A stretch of DNA of 64,000 nt from Camelus dromedarius (taxonomy: Eukaryota), in NCBI RefSeq assembly GCF_036321535.1, contig NC_087472.1, forward strand, positions 92,878,001 through 92,942,000, in the 5' to 3' direction. Position 1 is the first letter of the stretch, and every line of letters starts with the position of its first letter. Shown in pieces: positions 25,750 to 38,154 of the stretch. A model generated the notes under the pieces. It was not told the origin of the DNA. It saw only the letters and a list, made by a program, of their open reading frames with translations, and searched no databases. The translations under genes were made by a program, and so were the position numbers.

Positions 25750-26460
25750 TATCTATTTATTTAACAAATATTTATTGAACCTCTATATACAAAGCCCTGT
25801 GCAAAAGGCTAAGGATATAATGATAAATAAAATATAGACATGGTATCTGCCTGGTATGGTTGGAGAACTTTAATAAACAAGTTTAAAATTGCAATTGTGC
25901 CAAATGCTAGGTTCACAACACTATGAATATAAGGAGTTTTGACCGATCTGGGGAGGTCATCGAAGACCTCTCTGAGATGAAATGTGAAAGACAAGTAGGA
26001 CATAATTAAATAAAGGGAAGTACGAGCAGTCCAGGCAGAGTGCAAAGGCTCTGTGATGGGGCTGAAAGTGACAAAGATGGGGACAGATAGAAAGCTGCTG
26101 GGTCTAGAATTCAGAATAGGGTGAGCCATATAGAGAGAAGCTGGAAGATGGGTGAGGGCTGGACCACTAGAGTAGGTACTGAGACTATAAAAGTGAAAAA
26201 GGTAAATGATGTCTGGTTCCTGTCCTCCAGAACTCAGGAGAGAGCCAACCTCTAACTGAAATGGAAATTCTAAAGATACAGTGGCAGGGGTAGAGATATC
26301 AAAATGAGGCAGTGCAGTCAGAAGAGCAGGATGGAAGACATTGTGTAAGTGGCCAGGGTCTGAGTTGGATGCTGGAGGATGAGAATGACAAGGGAGGAAA
26401 GGAAAAGCAATAGCAAGAATCTGAGCCAGAAGGCAGAAAATTCTTGACGTTAGAAGCAAC
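25750..26460 (-). mobile_element. L2 LINE fragments
   Basis: tttatttaacaaatatttattgaacc is an L2 3' end in antisense, followed by L2-type purine-rich sequence. This explains the 216-aa spurious ORF. Confidence 0.7.
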
Positions 26461-26631
26461 TGGATTACTAACTAGCTTGACATCTTATCTTACAATCTGC
26501 TTTTCTAAATGCCTATTTTTTTACTGTAGGGTTTTAACAAAACCTTAATTCCACATCGTGGCCATGTGTCTGTTTCAAAGAAATAAGGAACTTTTTACAT
26601 GATCCAATATTAATCTATTCTAGGCTTATGC

Positions 26632-26789
26632 CTGGCCTTCATCTTCAACACTCTGTCTTTGTTTCCAATTTGCTTTTTAATTATCTTCCTTTTTTCTAGA
26701 ATTGCTCAGCAGTCATTGGCCCTCTGGAAGCATTCATCCCAATGAAATTCACTGAATTTTAAAATTCTATGTTTTCTTTCATTTCCTTT
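26632..26789 (-). pseudogene. Candidate fossil exon, gene A
   Basis: Acceptor gttttatattag|, degenerate donor CAG|gcataa. Reads KEMKENIEF*NSVNFIGMNASRGPMTAEQF*KKRKIIKKQIGNKDRVLKMKA. Confidence 0.4.
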
Positions 26790-27043
26790 CTAATATAAAA
26801 CATGCCTGTGATTTTACTGCTCAGAAAGAATGATTAAGGGCTTCTACTTAGTAGCGTCCTTCACCCGCAGACTGACTAAACACTTGCACCCTTCAACCAA
26901 CTCTTCTTACAGATGAAGCAAATATAGTGTTAGCCTTTGGTTGACAGCCTAGAAGTTTCTGTCAGAAATTTTATTTTCAAAACTCTGCTTATAATATATG
27001 CTGTATTTAAGAGGAAATATATTTTTTTTAATGATCTACTTAC

Positions 27044-27171
27044 CTTCACAAATCATAGAGTGTTTGTTTGATGTTCTTTTTGCTGATGGGAGCATCCAAA
27101 GACTTTATTTGGTATCTTCATAGGAGATATGATACCAAGAACTAGTGGCCTGCTTTGTTGCTGACATTATT
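27044..27171 (-). pseudogene. Candidate fossil exon, gene A
   Basis: Strong donor AAG|gtaagt, weak acceptor gatcttag|. Reads IMSATKQATSSWYHISYEDTK*SLWMLPSAKRTSNKHSMICE. Confidence 0.45.
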
Positions 27172-28638
27172 CTAAGATCAATTTTTAGCCATTTTAATTC
27201 TTTTCCTTTACATTGTTGATAGTGTTATAATATGGTGCACCAAAGTACCTCACTGGTAAGGATTTTTACCACCTGAACTTTTCTGACAGGAAATAAGATT
27301 CCCTAGTTTCATCTGCTATTCCTTTTCAAGGATTTCTTATATAAGAGTGTATGTCAGGTTAATTTTTTCTGGCTTCATTTCATGTAGACCAAGGTCATGA
27401 GTTTAATTTCTTTGGAGGCAGCTCAGTGTTTTAAAAGGGAACTAAATTTGGTCCCAAACAGACCTGATTTTCCATCTCGACTCTTCCACCCTCATTCCTA
27501 CCCCGCCCCACCCTTTCCCAGGTCGAAGGAGAAAAAGAACCCTTTTCTGTCTGGGTCCAAGACCCATCTACTCAGACTTTCTCTAAAACATAGTTCTCCC
27601 TATAAACCCTTAAAAACTAAGATTCATCCAGTACTAGGGGTTTACTCATACTTCTGGGTCAAGTTAAGTTATTTAGACAGTTTTCTTAATTTCTATGAGC
27701 CTCGGTTGCCTCATCTTTAAAGATTTTTTTTGAAAAAAAAAGGTGCTCACAGAGTTCTTGTGACTCTGAAGTATGTCATACACAAAGTGTAGTGCTTGGC
27801 ATTTAGTAACTGCTGAACAAATGTTAACACTTTGCTTCCCTGTGCTTGAGATTTTTTTTTTCCATCTGTGGAACAGACAGATGACTAAATCATAGATTGC
27901 TGGCATAATCTTGGTAAGAATCAATCAAGTTCCATTCAGAATTGTTCTCTTCTCCCAAATATCCCAAATAGCTTTTATATCCCAAGTGTATTATTATCTA
28001 TGAGTCAAAATTTTAAAAGTTATGTGTTTGAAATGATTTATATGTATTTAAGGCTAAACATTTAATCTGCCCCATAAGCTTTAGATGACTATAATAAAAA
28101 CCAGTGGAAGGTTTTGTTTTGTTTTTTTTACTGAGGATAACACCTACCTCATGGATTTATTGCTAAAAATGAATAGGTTAATAAATGTAAAGCATTTACT
28201 ACAGTGTAGTGCACAAAATTAACTCCTCACTAACTGGTAATGATTATTATTTTTAAAAGGGCTCTGAGTTTATTTATTTAGGAAGTACATCAAATTATAG
28301 ATTGGGGAACGGTTTGAAAAAACAACAGAGATCGTAAGCACGAGAGAGAGAGACAGACAGAAAGACTGAGTGAGATGGAGAGAGAAAGAGTGAGAGACAA
28401 AGTTTCCATTTATCTGGAACAGGAACTCTTTATGCCTGCCTGTGCTCCACACTACCTGAGTCACCCTGGGCAATCTAAGTCTCAGTTCTTCCCTTTAACC
28501 CCAAGGATGATTCATTTCAGCCTTCAAGGAATATTTACTAAGCACAGACCGCAGGCCAGACAGGATGAACTTTAATATGATGGCAGCTATCAGAGTGATC
28601 TGTATATTCTAAAACACAATCCAAACAAATGCAGGTAC

Positions 28639-28755
28639 CTGGGTTTTGGTGAGAGACCTGGTTATAAAACGGGCTCATATTTGAGCTGCCTGACAAAGGA
28701 ATTTGGATTTAATGCTCTGATTATCAAGATGCCATCCCTGAGAAGCTTCATGACA
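28639..28755 (-). pseudogene. Fossil exon, gene A (117 nt)
   Basis: Acceptor cctgcttttttag|, donor CAG|gtacct. Reads VMKLLRDGILIIRALNPNSFVRQLKYEPVL*PGLSPKP; a second frame also has just one stop. Confidence 0.6.
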
Positions 28756-28937
28756 CTAAAAAAGCAGGTCTTTCCTTAATGCCTAGTACAGGACCAGGCA
28801 TAGAAGTGTGCTAAGGTAGATGTAGGATAATTGACGGGTCATTATTGTCATTTTCCTTCATTACCTCTCAAATCAGGCCGAGAGCCCCATGCTCCTCTAG
28901 CAAGGCCACAGCACCACCATTTAAATAACAGACGTAC

Positions 28938-29085
28938 CTGAAAACCTGGTGTATAAGCTGCAAGGACTTTGGTGGTACAAAATGAAGCTGCAGAGGGCAG
29001 ACTGCCCCAGAGGAGGCTTCATAGAAAGAAATAAGGAGTTATAAAGTATGCTCCAATCTTTATAATGCTATAGTGAACAAATATG
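28938..29085 (-). pseudogene. Fossil exon, gene A (148 nt)
   Basis: Acceptor tttttttttttcaatacag|, donor CAG|gtacgt. Reads either YLFTIAL*RLEHTL*LLISFYEASSGAVCPLQLHFVPPKSLQLIHQVF or IFVHYSIIKIGAYFITPYFFL*SLLWGSLPSAASFCTTKVLAAYTPGFQ. Confidence 0.65.
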
Positions 29086-29505
29086 CTGTATTGAAAAAAA
29101 AAAAATCTAGATCGGCTTCCTAGAGCTAAGCTAAAATCCAAGTGCAAAAACTCATGTGACACAATTAGGTTGGCACAAGTGAAAAGATTGGCTCTCCTTG
29201 TGTTTATTGTCCTCTTTTACTCAATGTGGTATACTTCTTTACTTGGGACTAATTTAGTAAGGTGGTCTTCTGTCTGAAATGAAAAACCATTCAAGGTGGT
29301 TTTACTTTAAAATACAGCCCCTCTTATGAACCACTGAATCCCAAGTCCAACCAGTGACAAAACAACATATATTTTCTTCTGTGTTTTTTTCTCTACTGAA
29401 AGAAATTCACAGCACATTTATGCAGCTATTTCACAAAGGCTGAACCTTGTCACTGATGTATAAATGGTATCATTTCCTTAGTCAAAAGTGTAGTTTTACA
29501 TTTAC

Positions 29506-29691
29506 TTGTCCCTCGGCATAAAGCATGACACTATGACACTATCCTCAGAGAGACATTCTTCCTGCTGCAATAAGGCGATTGTGGTCCCCCTCAGCATTGC
29601 ACTTGAGGTGGAACACAATTAGCACTCCATCAGAAACCGCTCTGGAGAACACAAACACTAGTTGGCTTCCAGATCAGACTTCAGAAAAGAA
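29506..29691 (-). pseudogene. Fossil exon, gene A (186 nt)
   Basis: Acceptor tatacttcag|, donor CAA|gtaaat. Phase 0 reads FFSEV*SGSQLVFVFSRAVSDGVLIVFHLKCNAEGDHNRLIAAGRMSL*. An 8-bp tandem duplication (atagtgtc) lies near the 3' end. Confidence 0.6.
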
Positions 29692-29801
29692 CTGAAGTAT
29701 ATAGTATAAATAAAATGCTAATTTATTGTTGATCATATGGAGACGGTCATACATGAAGAGGCTTGGTTTCTTTCCAATATAAAGCATTCAATTAGACCCA
29801 C

Positions 29802-29929
29802 CCTTTCTTCTTTTGAAATAAAGATACTTGCAAAGAGTTTGGGTAGAACATTTCTCCAGTAAACTCTGTGTGTGCTGTGGGAGTTAGGAAAAATGGGAAA
29901 TCTTGCTCCTATCCGCAAGGATTTCACAG
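29802..29929 (-). pseudogene. Fossil exon, gene A (128 nt, acceptor decayed to TG)
   Basis: Long pyrimidine tract ending ctaTG|, donor AGG|gtgggt. Phase 1 to 0 is open: AVKSLRIGARFPIFPNSHSTHRVYWRNVLPKLFASIFISKEER. Confidence 0.55.
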
Positions 29930-30011
29930 CATAGAAAAAAGAACAGGGCACATGACAAGAGTAGTCGTCCAAGTCCTGCTCCTTAATCAGCTCCCTGAGA
30001 AGATACTATAC

Positions 30012-30239
30012 CTTAGTAGCTATGGTTCCCAAATTTAAGGCCCCAAGTTTTAAGAATAAAAATCAAGATTTGAGTAGCTGGAAGTACTGCCCTGTTAATA
30101 AACCATTTTAAAGCCTTTAAACGGAACAACCGTAAATAACCTTCGGTCAGACGTAGGAACTCAAGATGCAAATCATTTGACAGCTGATGCACTATAAACT
30201 GAGTGTGTGAAAATGCTCTTCTCTTGGGTATTTTAAAGA
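30012..30239 (-). pseudogene. Fossil exon, gene A (228 nt)
   Basis: Acceptor tttggtttaccacag|, donor AAG|gtatag. Phase 1-1, open except the last codon: FKIPKRRAFSHTQFIVHQLSNDLHLEFLRLTEGYLRLFRLKALKWFINRAVLPATQILIFILKTWGLKFGNHSY*. Confidence 0.6.
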
Positions 30240-30699
30240 CTGTGGTAAACCAAAACCTTCCCAAGATAACTTAAATGGAATTCTGTTCAGAAGGAGTGGG
30301 AGAGATTAGATGGCATCTCAAGTTTCCTTACAACCCTGTAACTCTGCCATGCTGAAATACTTATAGTGCAGGGGAGCCGTGTTATTTTATGTTACTCAGC
30401 TTAAATATGATGGAAAAAAGAAATGTTCAACATAATAGAAAGTAGGAAATACCAAACACCATTTGGAATGAAGATGAGGGCAAGTGATAAGACACAGATT
30501 AGATTAGTGTATGTTCTCAAATGAGAAGTATCTTTGTAACCCCAAATAACTGAATTTTATAGCACAGTAAAAGAAAGAGTCCTGACTTTGTTTAGTTTGC
30601 CTTGAGTGGGATCTTAATACAACCAGCCAATTTGATTCCACAAACATGAACGAAAATCAAAGGGTGGTAGTAGAAGAGGATCTTAATGATCATCTAGGG

Positions 30700-31010
30700 G
30701 AGAAGTCAGCAAACTTTTGCTATAAAGGGCAAAATAATAAACATTTTAGGCTTTGTGGATCATACAGTCACTAAGGCAAATACTCAGCTTGGCTGTTGAA
30801 GCATGAAAACAGCCATTGGCAATACGTAAACGAGCGGGGGTGGCTGTGTTCCAGTCACACTTTATGGACACTGAAACGGGAATCTCATATACTTTTTATA
30901 TAAAATAATAATGTGAATAATATAAAATACTCTTTTTTTTTAACCATTAAAAATGTCAAAACCATTCTTAGCTTGCAAGCCATACAAAAAGCAGGCAGGG
31001 GACTTGATTT
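30700..31010 (+). mobile_element. MER58B-like hAT-Charlie MITE
   Basis: gtcagcaaacttttgctataaagggc...ggctgtgttccagtcacactttatggacactgaaa. Confidence 0.8.
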
Positions 31011-31237
31011 TTTTTTAGTCCAGTAGTTTTCAAACAACCCTTTTAGCAGGAATTTCCTCTCTTCAAATGAAAATATACAGAGGGAGCAAAAAAGAGCAGA
31101 ATTACATAAACTTCAGGGCACTAACCTAGCCTACTTGCCACTCCCAGAGGCCTATCTATACCTCCCTTCCTTGCCCCAGAGGTAAGACTACAGTTCCTCA
31201 GAGCATAAGGCACAATCTAGTACTTGCATTCATGTCA

Positions 31238-31735
31238 CTCGAATTCCTTCCGAAGACTCTGAGGAATGCAAAGATTAAATAACTGTTCTGAAGCATGCAA
31301 GAAGCTCAAAGTGGACACATGCCAGAACGCGACCTCCTTCTTGTGTCCTAGTTTTAGCTTCCCAGCAACACAACAGCACAACTTTTTAGGGGTAAAAGCC
31401 AAGTTGAAGTTGTATGTGATGTCCAAATAAAAGAATAAAATGTTTGGTTACCTAGTAGAAAATTCTTCTCTTGTGGCACTACCTGTCCAAGACTCGTGAT
31501 TGAGATTGTAGGATGTTCACCAATGAGGGAAACATGAAACCAGATTCTCTCTTATATCTAGGTGCTTTCTGGCAGCAAACAGGGTGCTTCTGTACAGGAT
31601 CTGGGGAGCCCTACCTCTATCAGGATGGTACTGCCTCCATCTGTGCTTCTCCATGTATCGTGGGGTGACTCTATACCAAATCACTGCCAGCGAGTTCCAT
31701 TCATCCAATGATGGCATACCTGACTTCGGCAATAG
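31238..31735 (-). pseudogene. Probable two further fossil exons, gene A (boundaries uncertain)
   Basis: ORFs 31517-31732 (QILYRSTLFAARKHLDIRENLVSCFPHW) and 31235-31426 (KEVAFWHVSTLSFLHASEQLFNLCIPQSLRKEFE) lie in unique sequence, separated by a pyrimidine tract. Confidence 0.4.
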
Positions 31736-32432
31736 AACTACTTAATACAACATTTCCCAATATACACCCCAAATAACAGCCATGTCGTGTTTCCAGACAT
31801 GCAAAAAAGTGTTCCCCAAGCCAAAGGAAAAAGTTTCCCTGATCCAACTAGTGTATACTATTCCCCTATTAGTCATCACAGTGCACACTAGCAGATTCAA
31901 GGATCTGACAAGCCTCACAGGGAAGAATCCTATTTAACTTTATTTAACCAGCGTTTCCCCAATGTATATTAAAATGGAACTGATTTTACTCTTTCTTTGT
32001 TCTGTTTTGTGTTCTTTTTCTGGACCTGCAGCTCTCAGTGGAGGGGGAAGAAACTGGCAACTTGTTTTGTCATACTCCGAAGTTGATTAATTTAGTCAAC
32101 ATATACTTGTGGGCTTATTGTGTGTCAGGTACTGCTCCAGGCTCTTGCAATACTGTGGGGAACAAGATGGACATGTTTTCTTCTCTCACAGAGTTTATAT
32201 CATAGTTAGGGGATGTAGATAATGGGTAAATAAATAAATTCATCCATTCCACCGTGATTTGTTGAGTACCTACTTTGTGCCATGCACTGTCCTAGGACCT
32301 AGGGATTCAGACAATTACCTACTCTGGTTTACATGAATATAAAAGATGGATGATAAAATTCACCTTTCTTAAGTTCTTATTACATGTCAGGCACTGTTCT
32401 ATGTGTTTTACATGCTGAAAACACATGTAAAA

Positions 32433-33318
32433 CTGCGATATTGTGAATACACATTTGGTCATTCAGATGACAAAAAGATATTTCTCATGTATATTTGATC
32501 TTTCTCCACAGTTGTCGACTCACAGCTCCTAAAACGCTTGGAAATTTCTAAGCTGATGAAAGCCCTAAAGCCATTGTTTCTTTTGTTATGATAATGAGGT
32601 GACTTTTGGCCCACTCCTAGGGGTGGTGGAGGGGGCTGGTTGCCTGAGAAAACAACCCTGTGATTAAAGGGTTGGAACTTTCAGTCCCACCCCCTGACCT
32701 CGAGGGAGGGGAGAGGGGCTAGAGGTTGAATCAGTCTCCAATGGCTAGTGATTCAACCAGATGTGCCTCTGTAATGAAGCCTCCATAAAAATCCAGAAGG
32801 GGTGGGTTCAGAGAGCTTCTGGGTTGCTCAACATGTGGAGATTTGGGGAAAATGGCTCACCTGGAGAGAGCATGGAAGCTCCGTGCCCTTCCGGTATATT
32901 GCCCTATGCATCTCTTCCACTTGGCTGTTCTTCAGTTATATCCTTTTGTAATAAACAGATGATCTAGTGAGTAAAATGTTTCTCTGAGCCCTGGAAGCTG
33001 CTCTAGCAGATTAAGTGAACCCAAGCAGGGGGTTGTAGCACCTCTGATTTATAGCCAGTTGGTTAGAAGCCCAGATAACAACCTAGGCTTGCCTCTGGCA
33101 TCTGAAGTCCAAGGAGGGGGTTGTTGGAACCTCTGATCTATAACCAATCAGTCATGACAACCTGGGCTTTTGACCAGCGTCTGCAGTTGTGGGAGGGAGT
33201 CAGTGTGTAAGACTGAACTCTTAATGTGTGGAATCTGACCCTATCTCTAGGTCAGTAGTGTCAGAATTGAGTTGAATTTTCAGACACCTTGCTGGTGCTG
33301 ATGTTTAGAGAGTCAGCA
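32433..33318. mobile_element. MER21-like LTR inserted in a MIR
   Basis: MER21 motifs ttggaactttcagtcccaccccc and gtgtcagaattgagttgaatt, with MIR halves on either side. Confidence 0.8.
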
Positions 33319-33329
33319 TTCCACAAAGC

Positions 33330-33490
33330 CAAACTCATGTATGGCTCACAGGAACCCTATGAGGTAGGTTTTATCGTCTTCCTTTTTTATGGATGGGGAA
33401 ACTAAGGCACAGATAGTCCGAGTAACATGCCCAAGTTTCTACAGCTAGTACAGAGCAGAGCAAAGATTTGAACCCAGGCCATCTAACTGT
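33330..33490 (-). mobile_element. MIR SINE
   Basis: aaccctatgaggtagg...gatggggaaactaaggcacagatag...gatttgaacccagg. Confidence 0.85.
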
Positions 33491-33823
33491 CGTAAATTTG
33501 TACAGGACTGAGTGCCATGAACTCTGAAATGCAGTGATGTTGAAGTTGTGAGCTGATACAAGATCTAGGAGATCTTCTCTGAGGAGATGACATTTGAGGG
33601 AGGCATGAATGCTGAGAAAAAAGTAAAACAGCCTTATTCCAGGCAGAGGCAACAGCTAGTGCAGGGATGAGCTTGGCTTACCCAATAAGGAGAAAGGCCA
33701 GTGTGGCTGGAACATAGAGCAAGGGGGAGAGTGGAATGAACTGAAGTCAGCAGGGAGGCAAGGAACAGGATCTTCTAATCTGAGTTTGGATTTTACTGAT
33801 TACGGCAGGAGGCTTTCCAAGGA

Positions 33824-34305
33824 TGATAACCACAGATATGAAAAGCTGTTTTAAGTTTAAATACTTAAGAAACATAATTCTTTTTCCTTATGAAATTAGA
33901 ACCAGGCATACTTTTCTGCCTTTATGTTGAAAAGTACCTATTCCAAGCAAAAATAATCTAGATGCTTAATCTAAGAAACACCTGTTTCTAAAAGATGACT
34001 GTGAACCAACTCAGCAACATACTTCTCAAGACTCACTTCAAGACCCTTTTCTCATGGTACCCACCAATCCAAAGATACTGTTTAATAAACTCGGTCCAAT
34101 CTCAACCAGTCTCAGCCTAGCAAGACCCACCTTAAATATCACCTACCCGAAGCCCTAAAATACAATAAATACCCTACCCTTAATTCCTGGTTTTGAACGC
34201 CTACCAAGACTCTGTCGAGTTATGTTCTCCCTTACTGGAACAGGTCCAAAATTTTTCATTTGCATGATTGACAGATTTTTCTGGTGTTCTTTTGGGGAGT
34301 CAACA
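33824..34305 (+). mobile_element. Solo LTR
   Basis: TG...CA termini with near-TSD aagga / atgga, inserted in L2-like sequence. Confidence 0.6.
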
Positions 34306-36554
34306 ATGGACACACCAAACCCAGCAGACAAGAGAACAGAGAGGAATCAGGGGACTCCTGAAGGTGTGCTGGAGAGAGATGGGAACAAACTAAGATGGGG
34401 GCAGCAGAAAAGGAAGCACATGATTAGAGTTGGATACATTTTGCAGATAGAACTTTCTGAAGATGTGCTTACAGGATAGAGAGGTTTAGGGAATGAGAAG
34501 AACAAAAAATGATATCTAGACTTTTATTGTTATTTTAAAACTTACCATTATGAAATTTAACCTAGGTACCTTTGTAATGGTAGTACCGTGTACTAAGTGG
34601 CGAAACTGGAGGATGGTCAAGTCTGAGAGTGGAGGGATAAACAAGAATTCCTTTTTAGGCATGTTAAATGTGAGGAGCCTATTAGCTATCAATTAGAGCT
34701 ATCAGATAATTGTTTGGAATTATGCTGCTGTGGAGATGTCACAGTCATTCAGTTTAGAATTCAGCTAACTTGGGTGTTTTTCGAGGCTACTTGGGGAACT
34801 AAGTGAAACAAGAAGTAAGAGATAAATTCGCAAGGGCCATGCAAAGGCAGCTAAATGTTATTTTTATGTTTGAGCAAATGTTATCTTTGGAATATGAAAT
34901 GGAAAGATCTGAGAATAAAAATTATGAAATGAAAGGAGTACCAATTAGGAATATATATAGTGCTAGAGACAAGTTGAAATTGCTACTAAGAAGTGCTCTA
35001 AAAGCATTACTTGTAGGAATTTCTCTTTATATCCATCTGATTTGTTTCTGTCCCACAAAGGAGAAAATCGCCAATTTATCGCTTTCAGCAAGTGCATGTA
35101 TATTCAGAATTGCCACATTGCTCTGATCGTAAGAGAGGTAAAAGATACAATATTGCGTTGAACAAATCTCCCAACTAGAATTATTTTAGAAAGGATAAGT
35201 ATTGTGCTGTGATTGTGCTATCATTTGACATTAATTAAACCGTAACATCATATTAGTTAGGATCCTTATTCATATTAGTTTGTCTAATTCATTTGTCTAA
35301 GTGAACTTTTTTAAATCGTTTTTATAGTAATTTCAAGCACAATACACTCACAGGTTATATGTGCTCACCAAGGCCATTTTAAGAGCTTCAGTATTTGACA
35401 GCTGTACAAAAACATATAGTTAGTGAAATTATCAAAATGTGCCTTACAAACAACAGTGAGGTAGAAGAGGAATCATTGATTCTTCAAATCAATATCATTA
35501 TCATGTTTTCAAAGCATATTGCACAAAGCTTAGATTTCAGAACTGCAAAGGAAAAATAGAACATTAACTTGCGTTAGAATATTCATGGTCACAACTCTTC
35601 TCTCTCATTTCCAAATTTGAAATTCTCTAACTCACTCTTCTTGCTTCCAGTTTCTCCTTGCAATAACCTATCATAGACACGGTGACTTGATTAACTTTCT
35701 CCGAAGCACCATTTTCATTGTGTGACTCCACACTGCCTATAGCATCAAATCCAAAGTTTGACCTGCAACTTAAGACCCTCTAAAATCCGAAGGAAACTCC
35801 TTTTCCAGCCTGCCCTCTTACTACTTCTCCCTCTATTACATTTAGATGTATATCTGTAGTCGCCTCTGAATAGATAGCAAAAACTTGAGAGCTGGAACTT
35901 CGAACAGGTATAGCCACTAATCAACAAGAGACTCATGGATCACTGTCCTCCCTGGATCCGGAAGCCATAACAGTATAATATACAGAAAATATTTAGAGGG
36001 GAAAACCTTTCTTTTCTGAGCAAGAGAACATAATTGCCTCTCCGTCCACCACCAGGAAACAGGCCTTTTGGTTGAGTAAATAGCAATAAGCCACTTTGAC
36101 CTCTATTTTCCATGATAGGGCAGAGATCCCTACATTCTAAGGAAACTGAGAATGGCTGTCAGGATTTTGTTTTGCCAAGAATGTGTTAGTAAGCTCAGGA
36201 CCAGAGCTGAATTATTTGACACAACAGAGGAGATTTTGGAGGCTATCTGGGAAAGAGATAAAGAGAAATGAGATAGCTGGCAGCTGAAAAGAAGGACTTT
36301 GGGAAAGGAAAATAGACAGATCTAAGGGAAATTTTAATTTCGTTTCTATTGGCTGGCATAGGATATAAATCCTCTCTTGATCTCCTTTCTAAATATTCAG
36401 TAATACCTGCATTTCTTACTAATGTGTTAAAGAATTTTTTTTTACCTAGCTGCTTTTAATTAAGTTTTTCTTGGATGGGTGCAACCAAGGGCTTAGCAAA
36501 TGCACAAGGAAACAGCAGGAGTGCCATACGTAGGTTAAAGAAGAAAGGAATGGC

Positions 36555-37080
36555 AGTGCAGTAAACAGCTCCAAGATGGCCCCCAACAATCCTTACCACC
36601 TGGTATTCATGCCCTTGTGTGGTCGGTCTTCTCATACACTGAATATCAGGGCTGATCTTATAATCAATAGGATGCAGTGGACCAGATGGTATGTGACTTC
36701 CAAGGCTAAGTCACAAAAGATATTGCAACTTCCTACTTGCCCTGTCTTCAAGCACTCAGTCTAGGAGAAACCAACTGCCATTACATGAGGACACTCAAGC
36801 AGTCCTGTGAGGAGGTCCATGTGGCAAGAAATTGATGCATCCTGCCAATAGCCGGCACAAATTTGACAATGATGTGAGCGAGCCACCTCAGTAATCGATC
36901 TTCCTCCATTTCCAGTTGAGCCTTCAGGTGACTGTGGCCATAGCCAACATCTTGATTGCAACCTCAGGAGAGACAGCAAGCCAGAACTCCTCGACCCACA
37001 GAAACTATAAGGATGATCAATGCTGATTGTTATTTTTAGTTTGAGAATAATCTGTCATACAGCAATAGATAACTGATACT
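36555..37080 (+). mobile_element. MaLR LTR (MLT1E/F-like)
   Basis: Starts aagatggcccccaacaatcc and ends with the MLT1 terminus cagcaatagataactgatac. Confidence 0.85.
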
Positions 37081-37409
37081 GGTGGTTTCCTATCTTCTCA
37101 CAGATTCAATTACACAATCAAAGATTGGAAGGAGGAAGGGTTTTGGATTTACATCAGCAGTCCAGTTCTAGTTTAGCTACTTACTAGCTACAGGATTTTA
37201 AAAAGTTTTCTGAGGCTCGGTTTCCTCATTACTAAAATGAGGTTTGTGATGTCTGATAAGATAGTAGGTATATAAACCACCTGGTCCATAGCTTGGTACA
37301 TCCTACATATGTTTAATAAGTACTGGTTAGTAAAACAATACTAATTGTTAATATAGTTACATTGTTGTTGAAAACCCTTAAGGTACAATGAAATTGCCTG
37401 TTTACACTA

Positions 37410-37960
37410 CATAACATTCAATTCAGGGAACTCCTACAATTTGGGTGCACTGTCCACTTACTAAAATAACCAGTCTTCCTGGGAACTAAGAATGCTCTGA
37501 TGGCCCTTGTATGATCCTTATTCAGAAACTGCCAGAAACCATGAAGTGTGTATTGAACATAGTTAACAATCTGCCCTGACCCCTTCATCTCCTTTACCAG
37601 TGCTGTGCTCATCCCACAGTGACCTTGGAAACTGGAACTGTCTCACCCTAGCTTAGAACCAGAAGTTCCTGAGAGTTTATAGTCCTTGAGGCAGCCTATA
37701 GTCCAAGACTGACTGGTCCTGGATAATAAAAGGATGGTTCCTATGCCTTGACAAAGGACAAATTTAGATGTAAAATGTATGCTCCAGGATCAAGCTGAGT
37801 CTGGAACTTCATCTGAAATGAAACCGTTGCTTGGCTTCTTCCCCTTTCCTCTTCTACTTTCCCAATCCCTCGCTAGTAGTTCCTGGAAATCCTCCCTTAA
37901 TAACTTGCACTGGAGTCTTTGGCTCAAGGTGTGCTTCTGAGAATATGCAGGCTACAACAG
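37410..37960 (+). mobile_element. ERVL-type LTR remnant
   Basis: LTR16/ERVL-like 3' end taataacttgcactggagtctttggctcaaggtgtgcttctg...ctacaaca. Confidence 0.5.
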
Positions 37961-38011
37961 AGAACTGAAGGTGTGCCTGTCCTCTCACAGACACTTATTT
38001 TCTGTCTTTAG

Positions 38012-38154
38012 GAATAAATGTGACTGATCAACGCAAAGTCAGTTCAATTGTTGGTCTGATTACTTGGAAATTAGCATAGGGTTAAGGGGGTTATTTGTTT
38101 TGCAAGTTTAAAATGACTAGAAATGCCACTGCTTCCAACCTAGCTGACAGTCAG
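38012..38154 (+). pseudogene. Candidate plus-strand fossil exon (block B)
   Basis: Acceptor ttattttctgtctttag|, donor CAG|gtaatt. Reads INVTDQRKVSSIVGLITWKLA*G*GGYLFCKFKMTRNATASNLADSQ. Confidence 0.5.

Noticed and set aside
25809..26459. 216-aa ORF, the longest in the track
   Set aside because: It lies in L2 remnants and has a low-complexity S/L/P/H composition typical of a chance frame in repeat DNA.
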